Source: Zygnema circumcarinatum SAG 698-1b (taxonomy: Eukaryota; Plantae; Zygnematophyceae). Taken from it: a stretch of 64,000 nucleotides of DNA. Shown one piece after another: positions 13,401-25,611 of the stretch. The position numbers and the translations under genes are program-made. Each line of letters opens with the position of its first letter. Position 1 is the first letter of the stretch. The notes below the pieces were generated by a model. That model saw only the letters and a list, made by a program, of their open reading frames with translations. It searched no databases and had not been told where the DNA came from. The stretch is from positions 2,108,001 through 2,172,000 of the forward strand of contig CM074804.1 of assembly GCA_037447605.1 (NCBI GenBank). The letters run 5' to 3'.

Positions 13401-15262
13401 TGTTGGCAGCTAACATCAACCAAAGGGAATAGACGGGCTTCTGACCTGCCCGTAGCACATGACTGCCAAGGACATCTAAATGGCTTCAAACCTGAGAGGG
13501 CAAGCGTACCAGCAAAGGTGCTCGGGCTCCTCAAGAACCGCTATATCAGCTTCTTCATCCAAAATGTGTTCAGTGACATCCGACCCTGCTCCACACACGA
13601 TCACAATATATCTCCACCTAATCAGCTAGCTGTACGGAGCCAGAATGGATGGAATACTTCAACCCCATGCATAAGAAGAGACTACACCACTTTCTCTGCA
13701 ATTCTGTCTGATTGCTAATTGTCACCGCTTGAGCCAACTATACAGCAAAATCGTCACTAAAGGTTTACAGGATAAACAACATTCAATAGGTGGCACTTGG
13801 AACAGGCGCCAAGTCTCTGCAAGAAAATTCAACTGGAACCATTGTTTAGCAGCTTCTTCTGAAGCCGTTCAAGTGTGTCCACCACTGCTTCCCAGGCCCA
13901 CCAGACTTCCATCTATAGCCAGCCTGAAAGACTCACTGTCTAGGGGGAAGATGCTGCCCTTTCGTGGGTCATACCACGAATCGTAGAACAAAATCCGCAT
14001 CTTCGTGGAAATGTTTAGCCTATTGTTCACCCACTGTCGCACATAGGCTGCTTGCTCTTCACGACTCTGGAAGACTGTGCCCGTGTACACGGTGCGTTGC
14101 TGCTCTATAGGGATCCATGGGAACAGAATGGTGACCCGAACACGATGGTAACGCTCCAAGTAAGCGGCTCGTAGGAGAGGGTTGATACTCGTGCCTGCAA
14201 CAGCCGCAATGGCCTACGCCTTGAGAGATGCATCTGCATATAATTCTACAGCGCTGGATGATCAGTAAAGTTCTAGAACCAGGAAAAGTAGAATTACAGC
14301 TAAAACATTGAGATCGTTTATGACGGGTAACAATTTGTACCAGTGAGCCAGGGCAGGCAGGCCGTCGTAACAATTGTAATAATGTAGTCACCCCTAGCTA
14401 TACTCAGTGGCATAGTTGGCACTGCTGCCGGAAGTTCAAAAGTTTTAAGAACAAACGGTCGATGATACTCCAGTGCAGCCAAACGGCGGACAGCCTCCTG
14501 CTGCTTCTTTTGAAATTCGCATTTTCGCAGCTGCTTTTTGGAGAGAGCGAGCAACTGTTGATCGCTCGAGTTGACGGGCCGCCCTGCAGTCTCCCGCTTG
14601 TCCATAAAAAAAATCAGGTTCTGCCAGGTCTAACACTCAGCGCGCATTCCAACTGAAACAACGGTAGGGAACATAAGCTCCCGGAACAGCGACTCACAGC
14701 GAGGCCCGTGCTTGTAGAAGTATTGGTAGCCATTGCTCAGGACTGCATCGAGTGCAGACCCATGCCTACGCTGATGCCATAAAGCAGGAACTTGTTCTGA
14801 AGTCTTCCTTGATATCCGCAGTTGCCACCATTTGAATGGCTTACGACTTCGCACGACATGACACTGCTGAGGTAAAGACTTCCCTATCTCTTGGGGTGCC
14901 GCAGCTGCTGTGGGTGCACTTCCACTAGCAGAAGCAGCTCCAGACTGCAGCCTTAAAGCTGTGCGGATCCTTCTGAGGAACCTTCGAAAGCTGACACGCA
15001 GCGGTTCCCGGTTCCCGTTCTTGCTATTCCTTGCGGAGTGATGGCGCTCGGCTGAAACTTGCGGTTTGCTTTTCCATGCTGACTGCACTCTGCCAATCTG
15101 CCGTTCAGTGGCATAGAGCCAATTGCTGCAAATTGCAGCCAGCTGTTGGAGACCATTTGCACCACCTGCGACAACAATAGCTCTATTGTGTCCTGTTGAG
15201 TCGCTTTTTCTGGCAGTACTGGATGGCCGCGCTCTTGGAGTTGAAGGCTGTTCCCCATCCAT
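10463..15262 (-). CDS. DGD: Digalactosyldiacylglycerol synthase-like glycosyltransferase (DGD1/DGD2 family, divergent); multi-exon
   Basis: TTACLPWLT|[39 protein letters not shown]|[42 protein letters not shown]|VSPQFL..GLYFIGK|[56 protein letters not shown]|[12 protein letters not shown]. Confidence 0.9.
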
Positions 15263-15936
15263 TTCCACAGAAGTCTCTAGTAACGATGAAACGCACCTGG
15301 AAATAGAATACTTCTGCAGTTCAAGCTACTAATAAGCTAAAGAAAAAATGCCATGGTATTCTGGTCCCCAAACAAAAGCATTGTAACAGCATTGCAGCCG
15401 GCTCTACCTTGTTGAAATACAACTGTCCATCCACGCCAGTGATGCCCGCCCGCGCTTGTGGCCCACAGCTCACAGCCCACAGCCCACAGCCTGAGGCCCG
15501 AGCGCACAGCGCGGAGCGATCAGTGGCGTCTCGGCCTCACCTTCTGCAGGGGCCGCAGCGAATCGAATCTTTGGGCGCCCGTTACGTTCCAGTTACAGTT
15601 GCAGTTCCATATCACTGAACAGCCTGTTCCAGTCTATGTGTGAAAATGTGAATGATAATTCTCACTAACCAGCAGCATGGAAACGCGTGGTTGAAAGTCG
15701 AGTGTCGTGTAGGGCCATACCGTACATCACCGTACTGTACGGTAGAGGAAGGTCCTTGCGGCCGTTGGTGGCCCATGCCTTGGTAGTTGGTAGTTGGCAG
15801 TTGGTAGTTGGCACTTTGGCAGGCGCGAGAGCGAAGCGGAGTAGAAGGCTAAGCAGACAGCCGCAGGCGGACAGGGCCGGCAAGGGCTTGGGCTGGGCAC
15901 CGCACTGCAGCTGCAGCTGCAGCTGGCCTTGCCTTG

Positions 15937-16279
15937 GGGTTAGGGTTTATGGTGAGGGTTAGGTTGAGGGGTTAGGGTGAGGGTTAGGGTTAGGGTTAGG
16001 GTGAGGGTTAGGGTTAGGGTTAGGGTGAGGGTTAGGGTTAGGGTTAGGGTTAGGGTTAGGGTTAGGGTTAGGGTTAGGGTTAGGGTTAGGGTTAGGGTTC
16101 GGGTTAGGGTTAGGGTTAGGGTTAAGGTTAGGGTTAGGGTTAGGGATAGGGTTAGGGTTAGGGTTAGGGTTAGGGTTAGGGGTTAGCGTTAGGGTTAGAG
16201 TTAGGGTTAGGGTAAGGGTTAGGGTTTAGGGTTAGGGTTGGGGTTAGGGTGAGGTAACGGGTTAGGGTTAAGGTTGGGG
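15937..16279 (+). repeat. Interstitial telomere-like array, about 55 units of (TTAGGG)n with degenerate flanks
   Basis: Direct reading. The core is near-perfect GGGTTA, with TGAGGG, TTCGGG, TTAAGG and ATAGGG variants. Confidence 0.97.
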
Positions 16280-16300
16280 TGCTCCGTATAGCAAGGACAG

Positions 16301-19300
16301 ATGGAAAGGGGCGGAAGGATGGCCTCCAGATGCGCGGCCTGCTCCCTCAGCCTTGGCCGGCCTAGGCGGAGCCCTGCTGCCGCGCTGTCCTCCTCCTCTG
16401 CCCGGGCGCTTCTCGCCGGCGCGCTGCTCGGCTTCCTCGCTGCCGCGACCTGGCTTGTTCCACACTACCTCACGAGGTACCCGCGGGCTGCTTCGGCTTT
16501 TGTCGAAGATGCCCTGCTAGAAGATGTTTCCAGCAAAGGCTGTCAAACTGCTGCAGGTGCCTCCCATTTCCCTTCTTTTTAGAACTTGATGCCGTCGCTT
16601 CTTCTGAGGCTAGAAAATGATGGAAACGTACATTTCAACTGCCCGAGTTAAATGAAATTAGTCATACGTGGTTCTTTGGTGAGAGATGACTAGGGAACTC
16701 AGAGTGGTCTTAGCCATTGAACTTTCGTCTACTATACTTTAATGAACTGAAGTGTGCTGTGTTTCATAAATCGCTTTTTTGCCCTAAGCCATAACTGCCA
16801 GCAGCGCTATAAGTTGTTCATATCCAGGTTAAGGGTATTGAATCGCTCAGTAAAATGTAGACAGCTTATTCACACCATTCGGCCAATTGTCCTAAGACAC
16901 GTTCCGTTCAAGAGCTGGCATGTTGGGTCGCGCTAGCCGGAATGGAATCGCATAAGAGTAGTCGGAGGAAGTTAGTTGTTCTTCCGGGTGCGTGATGGGC
17001 TCGAACTTGTGGACTGGCCGCCAAAATGCTGGTGATGGTCCTGAAGGTCATGTTACTGGGCATGTTTCCAGGGTCATGCTCCTGCAAGTGAACATGCACT
17101 TCGTTACCGCTTAAGTTGATCAATGTTTCTGAGCAGATGTAAGGTGGTTGATACTCATCACTTCTGTCACATTCGGATTTTGAGAAGGAATTTGGGATGA
17201 TTGGGTATACCTCCTCTCCAGCTTCTCAGGATGAGATTACGGAAAGGAGAATGATTGAAGATGTCAGCCTCACGATCTTCTGCGCCCCAAAACCGTTCGA
17301 AGATGTGGAGGGGAGGAACTCACAGCTTCAAGCTCTACTCTCCTGGCTTCGTCTTGACCCCTCCGTTAAGGTGGTCTTAATCGGGAATTCCTCCTTGTCA
17401 GCTATAGCAGAAAAGTTTCCAGGCCGCGTAACTGTCGATTCTGATGTGGACTTCAATTTTATTGGCACCCCTATGTTCCATTCGCTCATAGCCAGAGCAA
17501 GAGCAGCTGAGACAAAGTTTTCACTATTCATCAACGCAGACATCATCCTTCTCAGTGATTTTCTGACAGCGCTGCGCAAAGTAGCCGACAGGTAACGGCC
17601 CTGGTCTATGCCTTTTCTCCAACATCCTGTGCCCCTGGGTAGAGACTTAGAGCCTGCGTTTGTAATGTGTCTCAAGATCTGAATGGAGCAACAAAACAAC
17701 ATAAAGGCATATATGAAGAAACCTGACAATCCTTAGAACACGAAAAAGTATTTTGAAGTTAGAGACCGCTGCGTTGAATGTGTTACATGCTGCGCAATAC
17801 CATCTGTATGGCGATTGTGGCCAGTTGAGAGTGCCATGTTATAGAAGCGGTTGGATAGGTTGCCATTCTGATTCGTTGACGGAGTTCCTGATTCGTTGAC
17901 GGAGTTCCTGGTGGCCGTTTTGGGTCTCACCAGGCACCTTTCTCCTTTATGGCTATTTCCTTTCCTTTTTATCCTGACCATCTGTTCGACTGTAGTTGGC
18001 CGTACGTTAAATTCGAACGTCGTGTTGCTGCCGAACAGGTTTTCAAGTTTCGTGGTCACTGCCATGAGGTGGGACATTGAATCGATGCCGTTTTACTTTG
18101 ACGAGGCCACGCAGCGCCTCCTTACAGAGAACGACACAGAGGTTGATGACGATGTTGTGAAGCAGCATATCAAGGAAAAGGGCAGTCTGCATACGTATGG
18201 AGGAGTTGATTTTTGGGCCTGGAATAACGGTCCTGTGCCATTCTTTGAGATACCCATGCCTTCATTCACATTCGGCCGAGGCAGGTAAGAGGTGAGAAAA
18301 CTACAAGGTTGCAAATTGCTCATCTTGGTTATATCGCTGTGCTCTTTTTTTTTTTACTTTTTCTCCTCAAGCATGGGTTTCCTTTGGGATATCAGAAGAC
18401 ACCATGAGTGAAAGCCCATCTCTGATCGCAAGAGGTTAAGTTACGAAGCTCCGAAATGGTGGGGGGGAGGCAGGTATGACAACTGGTTCACACATGAAAT
18501 GGCTGAGTCAAACATCCGAGCAGTTGTGGATGCGAGCGATGCCATCACGAGTGTGCACGTGCTGCACTCCTACAGACACCTCAAGCTGCAGGTATGGCGT
18601 GTGCCCCAAAGGCGAGGAGAGGAAGAGGGTGCACTCATTGTGGTGAAGGTAAGGGAGTCGCATATGCCTGCAATTCATGCTGCAGGATCGAACAATTGGA
18701 CGGCACTTCGGTATGGTGCATGGACGTTCTTAGTTAGATCACAATAGTTTCACACCAGCCGCTTTTTCCCACCGAAGGATACCCCCGAGCGTTTAAACTA
18801 AGAAAAAGGCGAGGGGGAGGGTGAGAGGGCTGCATAGCATAGCATGGGTGAGCATAGCTGCGGCTGAACGATTTATTTGGCTTGCCGGATGCATTTGTTC
18901 GTCCTGGTCGACATCATCTTGTCAGATTTCAGTATTCAACTTGTTTATCCGTCAAAATAACGAAGCAAGGTACCACAAACTGCTCTGGGCTGGCTGGCGA
19001 TAGGGTGCAGGACCCCGTGGAGGGCAACTTTTGGACCATTAACAAGAAGAAGAACTGGGAAACGTTCGCGAACATTCACCTCTCCCGCACTGTGGGGTCG
19101 TTCAGCAGTCAGATGGGCACCGCCATGCACCTCCCCTGGAAGCTTGCCACGTGCGATGAGCCGGCCAGTTCGCACATGTGCCTCAGCCGCCGCCTTAAAC
19201 CCTTCGCCTGCCGCTGCGAATACTCGCCCTACGTCATGCACACGCAGGTGGGCTTCCACCTTGGGGCAGGAGGGGCCTTCGGGGATGTCTTTGGGGGGAC

Positions 19301-20643
19301 TTGCGTTGACCGGTTGTTTTGGTGGGCCGGGGGTTTTGGAATTCTGTTTTGAGCAGAGCGAACCGTCAACTATCGGGAAGAAAATCTTCTGCGGCAATAT
19401 TGTCGTAGATAACGACATAGAACTTCCTGTGACCCCCACAATCCCGGTTGTTCCAGGTCTTCCCCATACTCTTGAGCAGCTGTTGAATGAGGTATGGATT
19501 CCACCCAAGGGTAGGCTCTTCTTCTCCCTCTCTAGAAGTGGGAGATCCCTGTTTCTCTGCATTTCGTTTCGCCTCCCCCCTCTTTCACCTGCTGAGAGTG
19601 CTGCGTGTCCTTGCAGGTGGCAGATGCAAGCAGGGCGGTCACCCTGGTAGCTGCAAGCAGCCGTTACCGTGAGATGTTGGCGGACTTTTCCTGCCGCTGC
19701 ACCGCACTGGGCGCTAAGAATTTCCTCATCGCTGCATTAGACGAGGACCTGTACCGCTTCGCCTTCACGCAGGGCCTGCCCGTCTACTTCGTGGAGTTGC
19801 CCATCTGGCTATCTCAGGGCTACTCTCTCACGCTGGAGGAGGGCACGTCAGACTGCCAGCAAAATGCGTCATGCTTCCATTACTACCGTCAGGTGGGTGG
19901 TTATGCAGAACTCGACTGCTAGGAAAGAGGGATTGCAGGTCATCAGCAGCACAGCGGTTGTTCGTCCGAACTGCTCATGTGTGTGGGGAGCATTCCGTGG
20001 TTGGCGACAGGTGAAGTTCTATGCGCTTCTCCAAATACTGAAGCGAAACTACAGTGTCTTATGGAGTGATATTGATTCCATATGGATGAAAAATCCGTTC
20101 CCTAACTTGCAGTCCCTATGCGATGGCTGCCTTCTCGTCGAGAGCTCCGTTGTTGACGTGTCTCTTGCAGCGAATGGCCCTCCCCCAGATGGGATTGATT
20201 CCGGGGGGCTTATTTTTGCTCATCCGGATCTGCTGATAGTAAAACTTTTTGAAGAGTTGCTGGACGTGTTAAAGGCGAAGTGGCTGAACAAGAAGAGCGC
20301 AGAGCACACCCCTCTGTACTCCCTCGTTTGTGGGACGAAGGGCGAGACTAGAGGGTCCGCATTAGATGAATGCCGCTACAAGGGCCACCTGCCGGTGGTC
20401 TTCCTTCCCCGGGAGGACTATGTCACCGTGGAGAACAGCGCTGACTGGACGACCGGGAATGTGCTGGCGGAGTGCCGCAAGAAGGGGTGCCAAGTGGTGC
20501 ACAACCGGCTCAAGGGGGGCGGCACTGCGCTCAAAATGCGGCACCTGGAAGAGACCGGTCTGTGGCGCTTTGACGCCGAGCAGAAGATGTGCAGACATCA
20601 CTGGACAGCAAAGTCGGATGCCTTTCAAGTCCTTCCAACATAG
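16301..20643 (+). CDS. RAY1: RAY1-like beta-arabinofuranosyltransferase (N-terminal glycosyltransferase-like domain plus C-terminal GT77-type nucleotide-diphospho-sugar transferase), type II membrane protein; multi-exon
   Basis: N-terminal TM segment (LLAGALLGFLAAATWLV), then LTIFCAPKPF..ALLSWLRL..VDSDVDFNFIGTPMFHSLIARA, FTFGRGR|YDNWF, and C-terminal NFLIAALDEDLYRFAFTQGLPVY..LLQILKRNYSVLWSDIDSIW (DxD). Confidence 0.75.
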
Positions 20644-20773
20644 CACATCGCTGCAGACCGCATGCAGATTCAGCTCCTGCCTTGTACAGTTGTGATTAAT
20701 TCCGTTCATTCTTTTATCTGCACTTGCCTTTTGGTATTGGAGGTGGGCGGTGTTTCCTTCTCAATGGATGATA

Positions 20774-20889
<116 letters not shown>

Positions 20890-21003
20890 AGCCCATCGCC
20901 CGTAGTGTGCCACGTGAACACGGCGTACCGTACAGCGTTGCGCCGTACACTCGTGCCAAGCCACGCCGTGGAGCGTCCAACGTGGCCGCCTCCTGCCCGC
21001 CGG

Positions 21004-21120
21004 CCGCCCGCGAATCTCTCCCCGTCCGCCCGCGAATCTCTCCCCGTCCGCCCGCGAATCTCTCCCCGTCCGCCCGCGAATCTCTCCCCGTCCGCCCGCG
21101 AATCTCTCCCCGTCCGCCCG
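21004..21120 (+). repeat. 22-bp tandem minisatellite CCGCCCGCGAATCTCTCCCCGT x5 plus a partial copy
   Basis: Identical contiguous copies start at 21004, 21026, 21048, 21070 and 21092. Confidence 0.95.
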
Positions 21121-21727
21121 GGACCGCTCCGACGCCCACGTGGGCGTGATCTCCCCGTCGATTCGCTGTCTGTTCTAAGGACACATCTAAAAATAGTTAA
21201 AGACACCACTCAAACGTCAGCAGTGGGGCTGCAGCCAATCAGGAGCCGTCTACTTCCCTTACGTCGTACGGCGTGCTCGTCGCCGGTAGTTGACGAGGGT
21301 GGGCATTTTTGTCGTTTGCGTAGAGCACGGAGATATCGCTACTCCGACGGTAGCCGGCCAAAACTTGCCGGCGCCGAGCTGCCGGCAGTGGCTTCATTAG
21401 CGATTTCAGACGGCCGGCGGCTCTGCCGTCAGCGATCGAGGCTACCAGTGGGTCCAGCGCCGGCACGATCTGCCAGCAAGATCCGATACGCCGGCGAAGT
21501 TACGATATTTCGTTGAGCCTTATCGCAAAGGACAAGCTGGTCTTTCCGAGTGGGTCCTGATTGGCCGAACCATTCTTGCTGACGCCATCGTTGTGGAAAT
21601 CACAGTTTTTCGTTGTGCCCAGACCCAGCTCCCTTTCTAAATTTTCCCGATCCGCCCCCGCGCGATCGCAGCCGTCCGCTCTCGCCATTGGCCGCCTCGC
21701 GGATTGCGATAACGGGCGACTTCTCGG

Positions 21728-21788
21728 CCAACCAGAGCGGTCCACGTAACCATTTAAGCGATCTCCGCCAATCAGAACACGCCACGTG
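21728..21788 (+). promoter_or_regulatory. Tandem CCAA(C/T)-N9-CCACGT composite elements (CCAAT box plus G-box/ACE; ERSE-like spacing) upstream of HEMA
   Basis: CCAAC-cagagcggt-CCACGT at 21728 and CCAAT-cagaacacg-CCACGTG at 21768, about 115-175 bp upstream of ATG 21903. Confidence 0.6.
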
Positions 21789-21902
21789 ACCCGCCTGCCC
21801 TCCGAAGCCTCCCTTTGAGACGGGGCTGCGCTGAGACTTCGTATCAGTCGCCGCCTACAGCTGCCGTCTCCCCTCCCCCTCCCGACCTGCCTCCACGCAG
21901 CC

Positions 21903-23945
21903 ATGGCGGCCGTCTGCCTGCGCCCCGCAGCCTTCCTTCGCGCCGCAGGAGAGGCCTCAGCAGACGAGCTGAGAGGGAGGTCCAGGGCCGGGTTAGGGTC
22001 CTCGCATTCGGTGGGTCTCGGAGGCGGAGATGCGGAGTGGCGGCAGGCGATGCCAGGGGAGCACAGGGTTGCGCAGGGTGGGGTTGCGCAGGGAAGGGGT
22101 CTTAGGGTTGTACGGGCGTCCGCGGAGCAGCCTCTCCCTAAGAGCCATAAGCTGCGTGCAGCGAGCGCTGCGGCACTGGAGCAGCTGCGCTCCTCCGGCG
22201 CAAATCGTGAGTGCTTTGAACTTGTGGGTGAAACCCTAATTTTGTAGGGGAGGATTTCTTTGAACCTTGCTGGCAAGGTGTTTAGTGGGCGCTCCGGTGT
22301 ATGAGCTTGCTCAAAGTGTGTCCGCGAGGGTCGGCGGTTTGAGCAGGCTACACGAGCGAGAAGAGCAGCATTATGGTCATTGGGTTGAGTGTGCACACGG
22401 CGCCGGTGGAGATGCGCGAGAAGCTGGCGGTGCCGGAGGCGGAGTGGCCGAGGGCCATCACTGAGCTCTGCAGCTTCCCGCACCTAGAAGAGGCGGCTGT
22501 TCTCAGCACATGCAACCGCATGGAGATCTATGTGGTGGCTCTGTCATGGCATCGTGGTGTTCGTGAAGTCATGGAATGGATGTCCAAGGTAAGGCTCGTC
22601 ATTACGTGTATTGAATGAGGAGTTTCGTATTGGGATTTGAAAGTGGTGGAAGCGCCGTATTTTTTGATTTGTGTTCTCTGCTGCTTGTCTGTTGGAACTC
22701 GTTCGCGTGGGATTTGAAGGCCCATACGACAAAAAATAAACAAAAATCTCATTGCGATTTTGGACTAACTCTCGCTCACGAGGAAGGCACTGGAAAAGTC
22801 AGTTTCCAGTTCTGTACCTTGCTTACATCTGTAGGATGGTTCATGTATGTGTGCAGACAAGCGGAGTATCTTTGGAAGACCTGCGTTCGCACCTCTTCAT
22901 CCTGCGGGAGCAGGATGCGACCCAGCACCTGCTGCGAGTGTCATCTGGACTGGACTCTCTGGTGTTAGGCGAAGGACAGATTCTTGCTCAGGTGAAGCAG
23001 GTGACCAAGGTGGGGCAGGGAGTCATTGGATTTGGACGCAATCTCAATGGTCTCTTCAAGCAGGCGCTGACTTGCGGCAAGCGCGTGCGTACTGAAACAA
23101 GCATTGCTCAGGGAGCTGTGTCAGTCAGCTCTGCAGCCGTTGAGCTGGCATCAATGAAGCTCAAGGAAGGATTTCCCTTTTCGAGAGTAGTTATTGTGGG
23201 TGCTGGAAAGATGTCAAAGCTACTGGTCAAGCATCTTCTGTCTAAGGGTGTGTCAAAGATGGTGGTTGTCAACCGCTCCGAGGGCCGTGTGACTGAGCTA
23301 CAGGCGGAGTTTCCAGACGCAAAGTTGCTCTATGAGCCCCTAGATCAGCTGATGAACTGTGCGGCTCAAGCAGAGCTGATTTTCACCAGCACTGCCTCAG
23401 AGACCCCACTGTTCTTCAAAGAACACGTGGAGCAGCTTCCACCAGCTGCTGATACAACAGGAGGTGTGCGTCACTTCGTCGACATTTCAGTGCCCCGCAA
23501 TGTTGGTGCGTGCGTAGGGGAAGTGCCCAGTGCCCGCGTGTATAATGTGGATGATTTAAAAGAAGTAGTGGCAGCAAACCAGGAGGAGCGCAGACGTAAA
23601 GCTAAGGAAGCCCAATTCCTAATCGAAGACGAACTGCAGGCGTTCGAGGCATGGAGAGATTCGCTGGAAACAGTGCCGACCATCAAGAAGTTGCGACAGA
23701 AGGTTGAAGCCATTCGGCAGTCGGAGCTGGAGAAGTGTTTGATTAAAATGGGGGATGAGGCAAACAAGAAGCAACGGAAAATGGTGGAGGAACTCAGTAA
23801 GGGTATTGTAAACAAGATTCTGCACGGGCCCATGACACACCTTCGGAGTGACGGTAGCGATGCTCGCACAGTCAGTGAGACTCTGACTAACATGCACGCG
23901 TTGGAGCGTATGTTTGACCTAACAGCAGAAGAGGCTCAGAGATAA
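21903..23945 (+). CDS. HEMA: Glutamyl-tRNA reductase, plastid; 3 exons (21903-22207, ~22347-22588, 22857-23945)
   Basis: [108 protein letters not shown]. The N-terminus looks like a transit peptide. Confidence 0.97.
22231..22239 (+). promoter_or_regulatory. Telo-box AAACCCTAA in HEMA intron 1; a second copy (TTAGGGTTT) lies at 27633-27641, about 20 nt upstream of the MBD start codon
   Basis: Exact 9-mer matches at positions typical for plant telo-boxes (5' region or first intron). Function not shown. Confidence 0.4.
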
Positions 23946-24600
23946 GGCTTACGAAAAACAAAGCTAGGTTTGCGCCTTCGGTATAGGTTTTTAGGAATTC
24001 AGTTATATAAAAACTTGCGGGTGCATTTCGGTAGTGATGCTCGCATTAGCTGTGCCTGACATTCTTGAGGCGGGTTGCAATACGAAAGCTACTGAAGTCC
24101 ATTTTTGTTTTTTATGTTCATTATAGGATCCAGAGTTCAGCTTCAGTAGCTCGAGATAGTTCTCGCCGATGGATGTGTTAGGGAAGGGATGTACAAAGAG
24201 TTGCACGATCCAAGGAACCTGACGTTGCAGATGAGATGTGTTAAGTTTTGATGAATGAAGTGGAAATAAACTGCTGGCTCTTGCAGTGAAAAGGCTTCAA
24301 GGTCGTACATACTGTGGCCTGCTGTCGTAGTTTGAGTGCATTCTTGTTTTTTGCATGCGGTTTCAGCTATGACCTATCCTCCGGTTGGCAATAGCACATG
24401 TGCCGCAGTCATGTGCTCCTGGCTGGGATCCTCCAAGCAAGCAGGTGCGGCTGAGTTGAGCGCTTGTTGCTGCGCTGCAGTTCGTAGGGCAGAACACATT
24501 GTGTCTGCACCGCCTTGAAGTCGGGGGGTGCCTCCAGCCACTCGAATCTAAGGGCTATGCATTGAGGCATGAGCAGGAATATGGAGATGTGGGCGATGTG

Positions 24601-24601
24601 T

Positions 24602-24642
<41 letters not shown>
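24601..24642 (+). repeat. (TGCGTC)n microsatellite
   Basis: Direct reading. Confidence 0.9.
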
Positions 24643-25611
24643 TGACTGCACTGGGAAGCATTCAAAATGTCCTGGAAGCTAAATGCACACTAGGCTCTGA
24701 AGGGTTCTCACGCAGGTTGAGAAGAACATGGCAGGGCAGTCATACCAGACGGTCGTGCGACTGAAGGCTGTTGGCTTGAAGGGGGGCTGCAAAGGATGCC
24801 AGAGTGTGCTTTTTGCTCGGCCTGGTGACCGAGGGGGAGAGCCGCAAAGGCAGCACTGCAAAGTTCGGTGCCCGGCTGTGTCCAATACTCGCACAAAGGA
24901 CAGCTCACATCAGTCACTTCCCCGTCAACAGACAACAGGTACCTTCTCTGCGCACATTCTACGAGGCATGACGTGAAGCAGACCTGCCCCACTACGGCCA
25001 GAAGAGCGCACTGCAAGCGTCGCACTGACTACGCCCAACCATTCTCGTGTGCATTGCATTGCATGTCCATCCACAGCCAACCGCTCCACAGGCCATATAT
25101 TGCCGGGGCACATCCCAATGCTGCGCAGGCCCGCAAGGACACAAGTAAAGCTGTTCATTTGAAGCGGTCGGCATCTGTGTGAGCTAAGCTCGAATCAACT
25201 GCCGGACGAGTCAAAGTCAAAGCCGGCGCACTGTTTGTATGCCAACCTTCTGCCATGATTCCAGGAGCCTACCCGTGCTATTCCTGGAAGTATGCCTATC
25301 CGCCACATGGAACCTATCTACAAACGTGCTCTCGATGCAGAGTCTTATCAATTTTTGGACGCAGCCCTAACAGCCACACAGTTCTATACAGCGGTAGATC
25401 TCGCTTATCCTTGAAGACATTCCGACCAGCCAACATGCACTGCTTTACCGAATTCTTTATCATGATTGCCATCATGTGGGAGACTAAACTGCAAAAACCC
25501 CAAACTCAGCATATGGAGTCTTGATAGCGATGGCTGAACATCCCTCAAAAAAGGAGGGCTGGCTAGCGCGAGGAAGCTGAAAAGGAAGGGGGAGGAGTGG
25601 CAAAAAAATCT

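Noticed and set aside
14584-14697. A single in-frame TAG (14632-14630) separates the N-terminal ORF from the DGD catalytic frame, suggesting stop-codon readthrough
   Set aside because: A perfect GTGAGT donor at 14697 and a phase-compatible acceptor at 14584 remove the stop as a 114-nt intron.
21004-21120. Regular 22-bp repeats resembling a CRISPR array
   Set aside because: The copies are contiguous with no spacers, there are no cas genes, and the DNA is eukaryotic.
23920-23995. The HEMA C-terminus looks slightly short, and another frame continues [10 protein letters not shown]
   Set aside because: All catalytic and dimerisation motifs precede the stop, and the tail is variable in the family. 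A frameshift cannot be supported without reads.
24660-25250. Several short ORFs and splice-like sites downstream of the MBD gene, with a 13-bp match to an MBD exon
   Set aside because: No recognisable protein is encoded. This is most likely 3'UTR or intergenic sequence, and the short match is compatible with chance.
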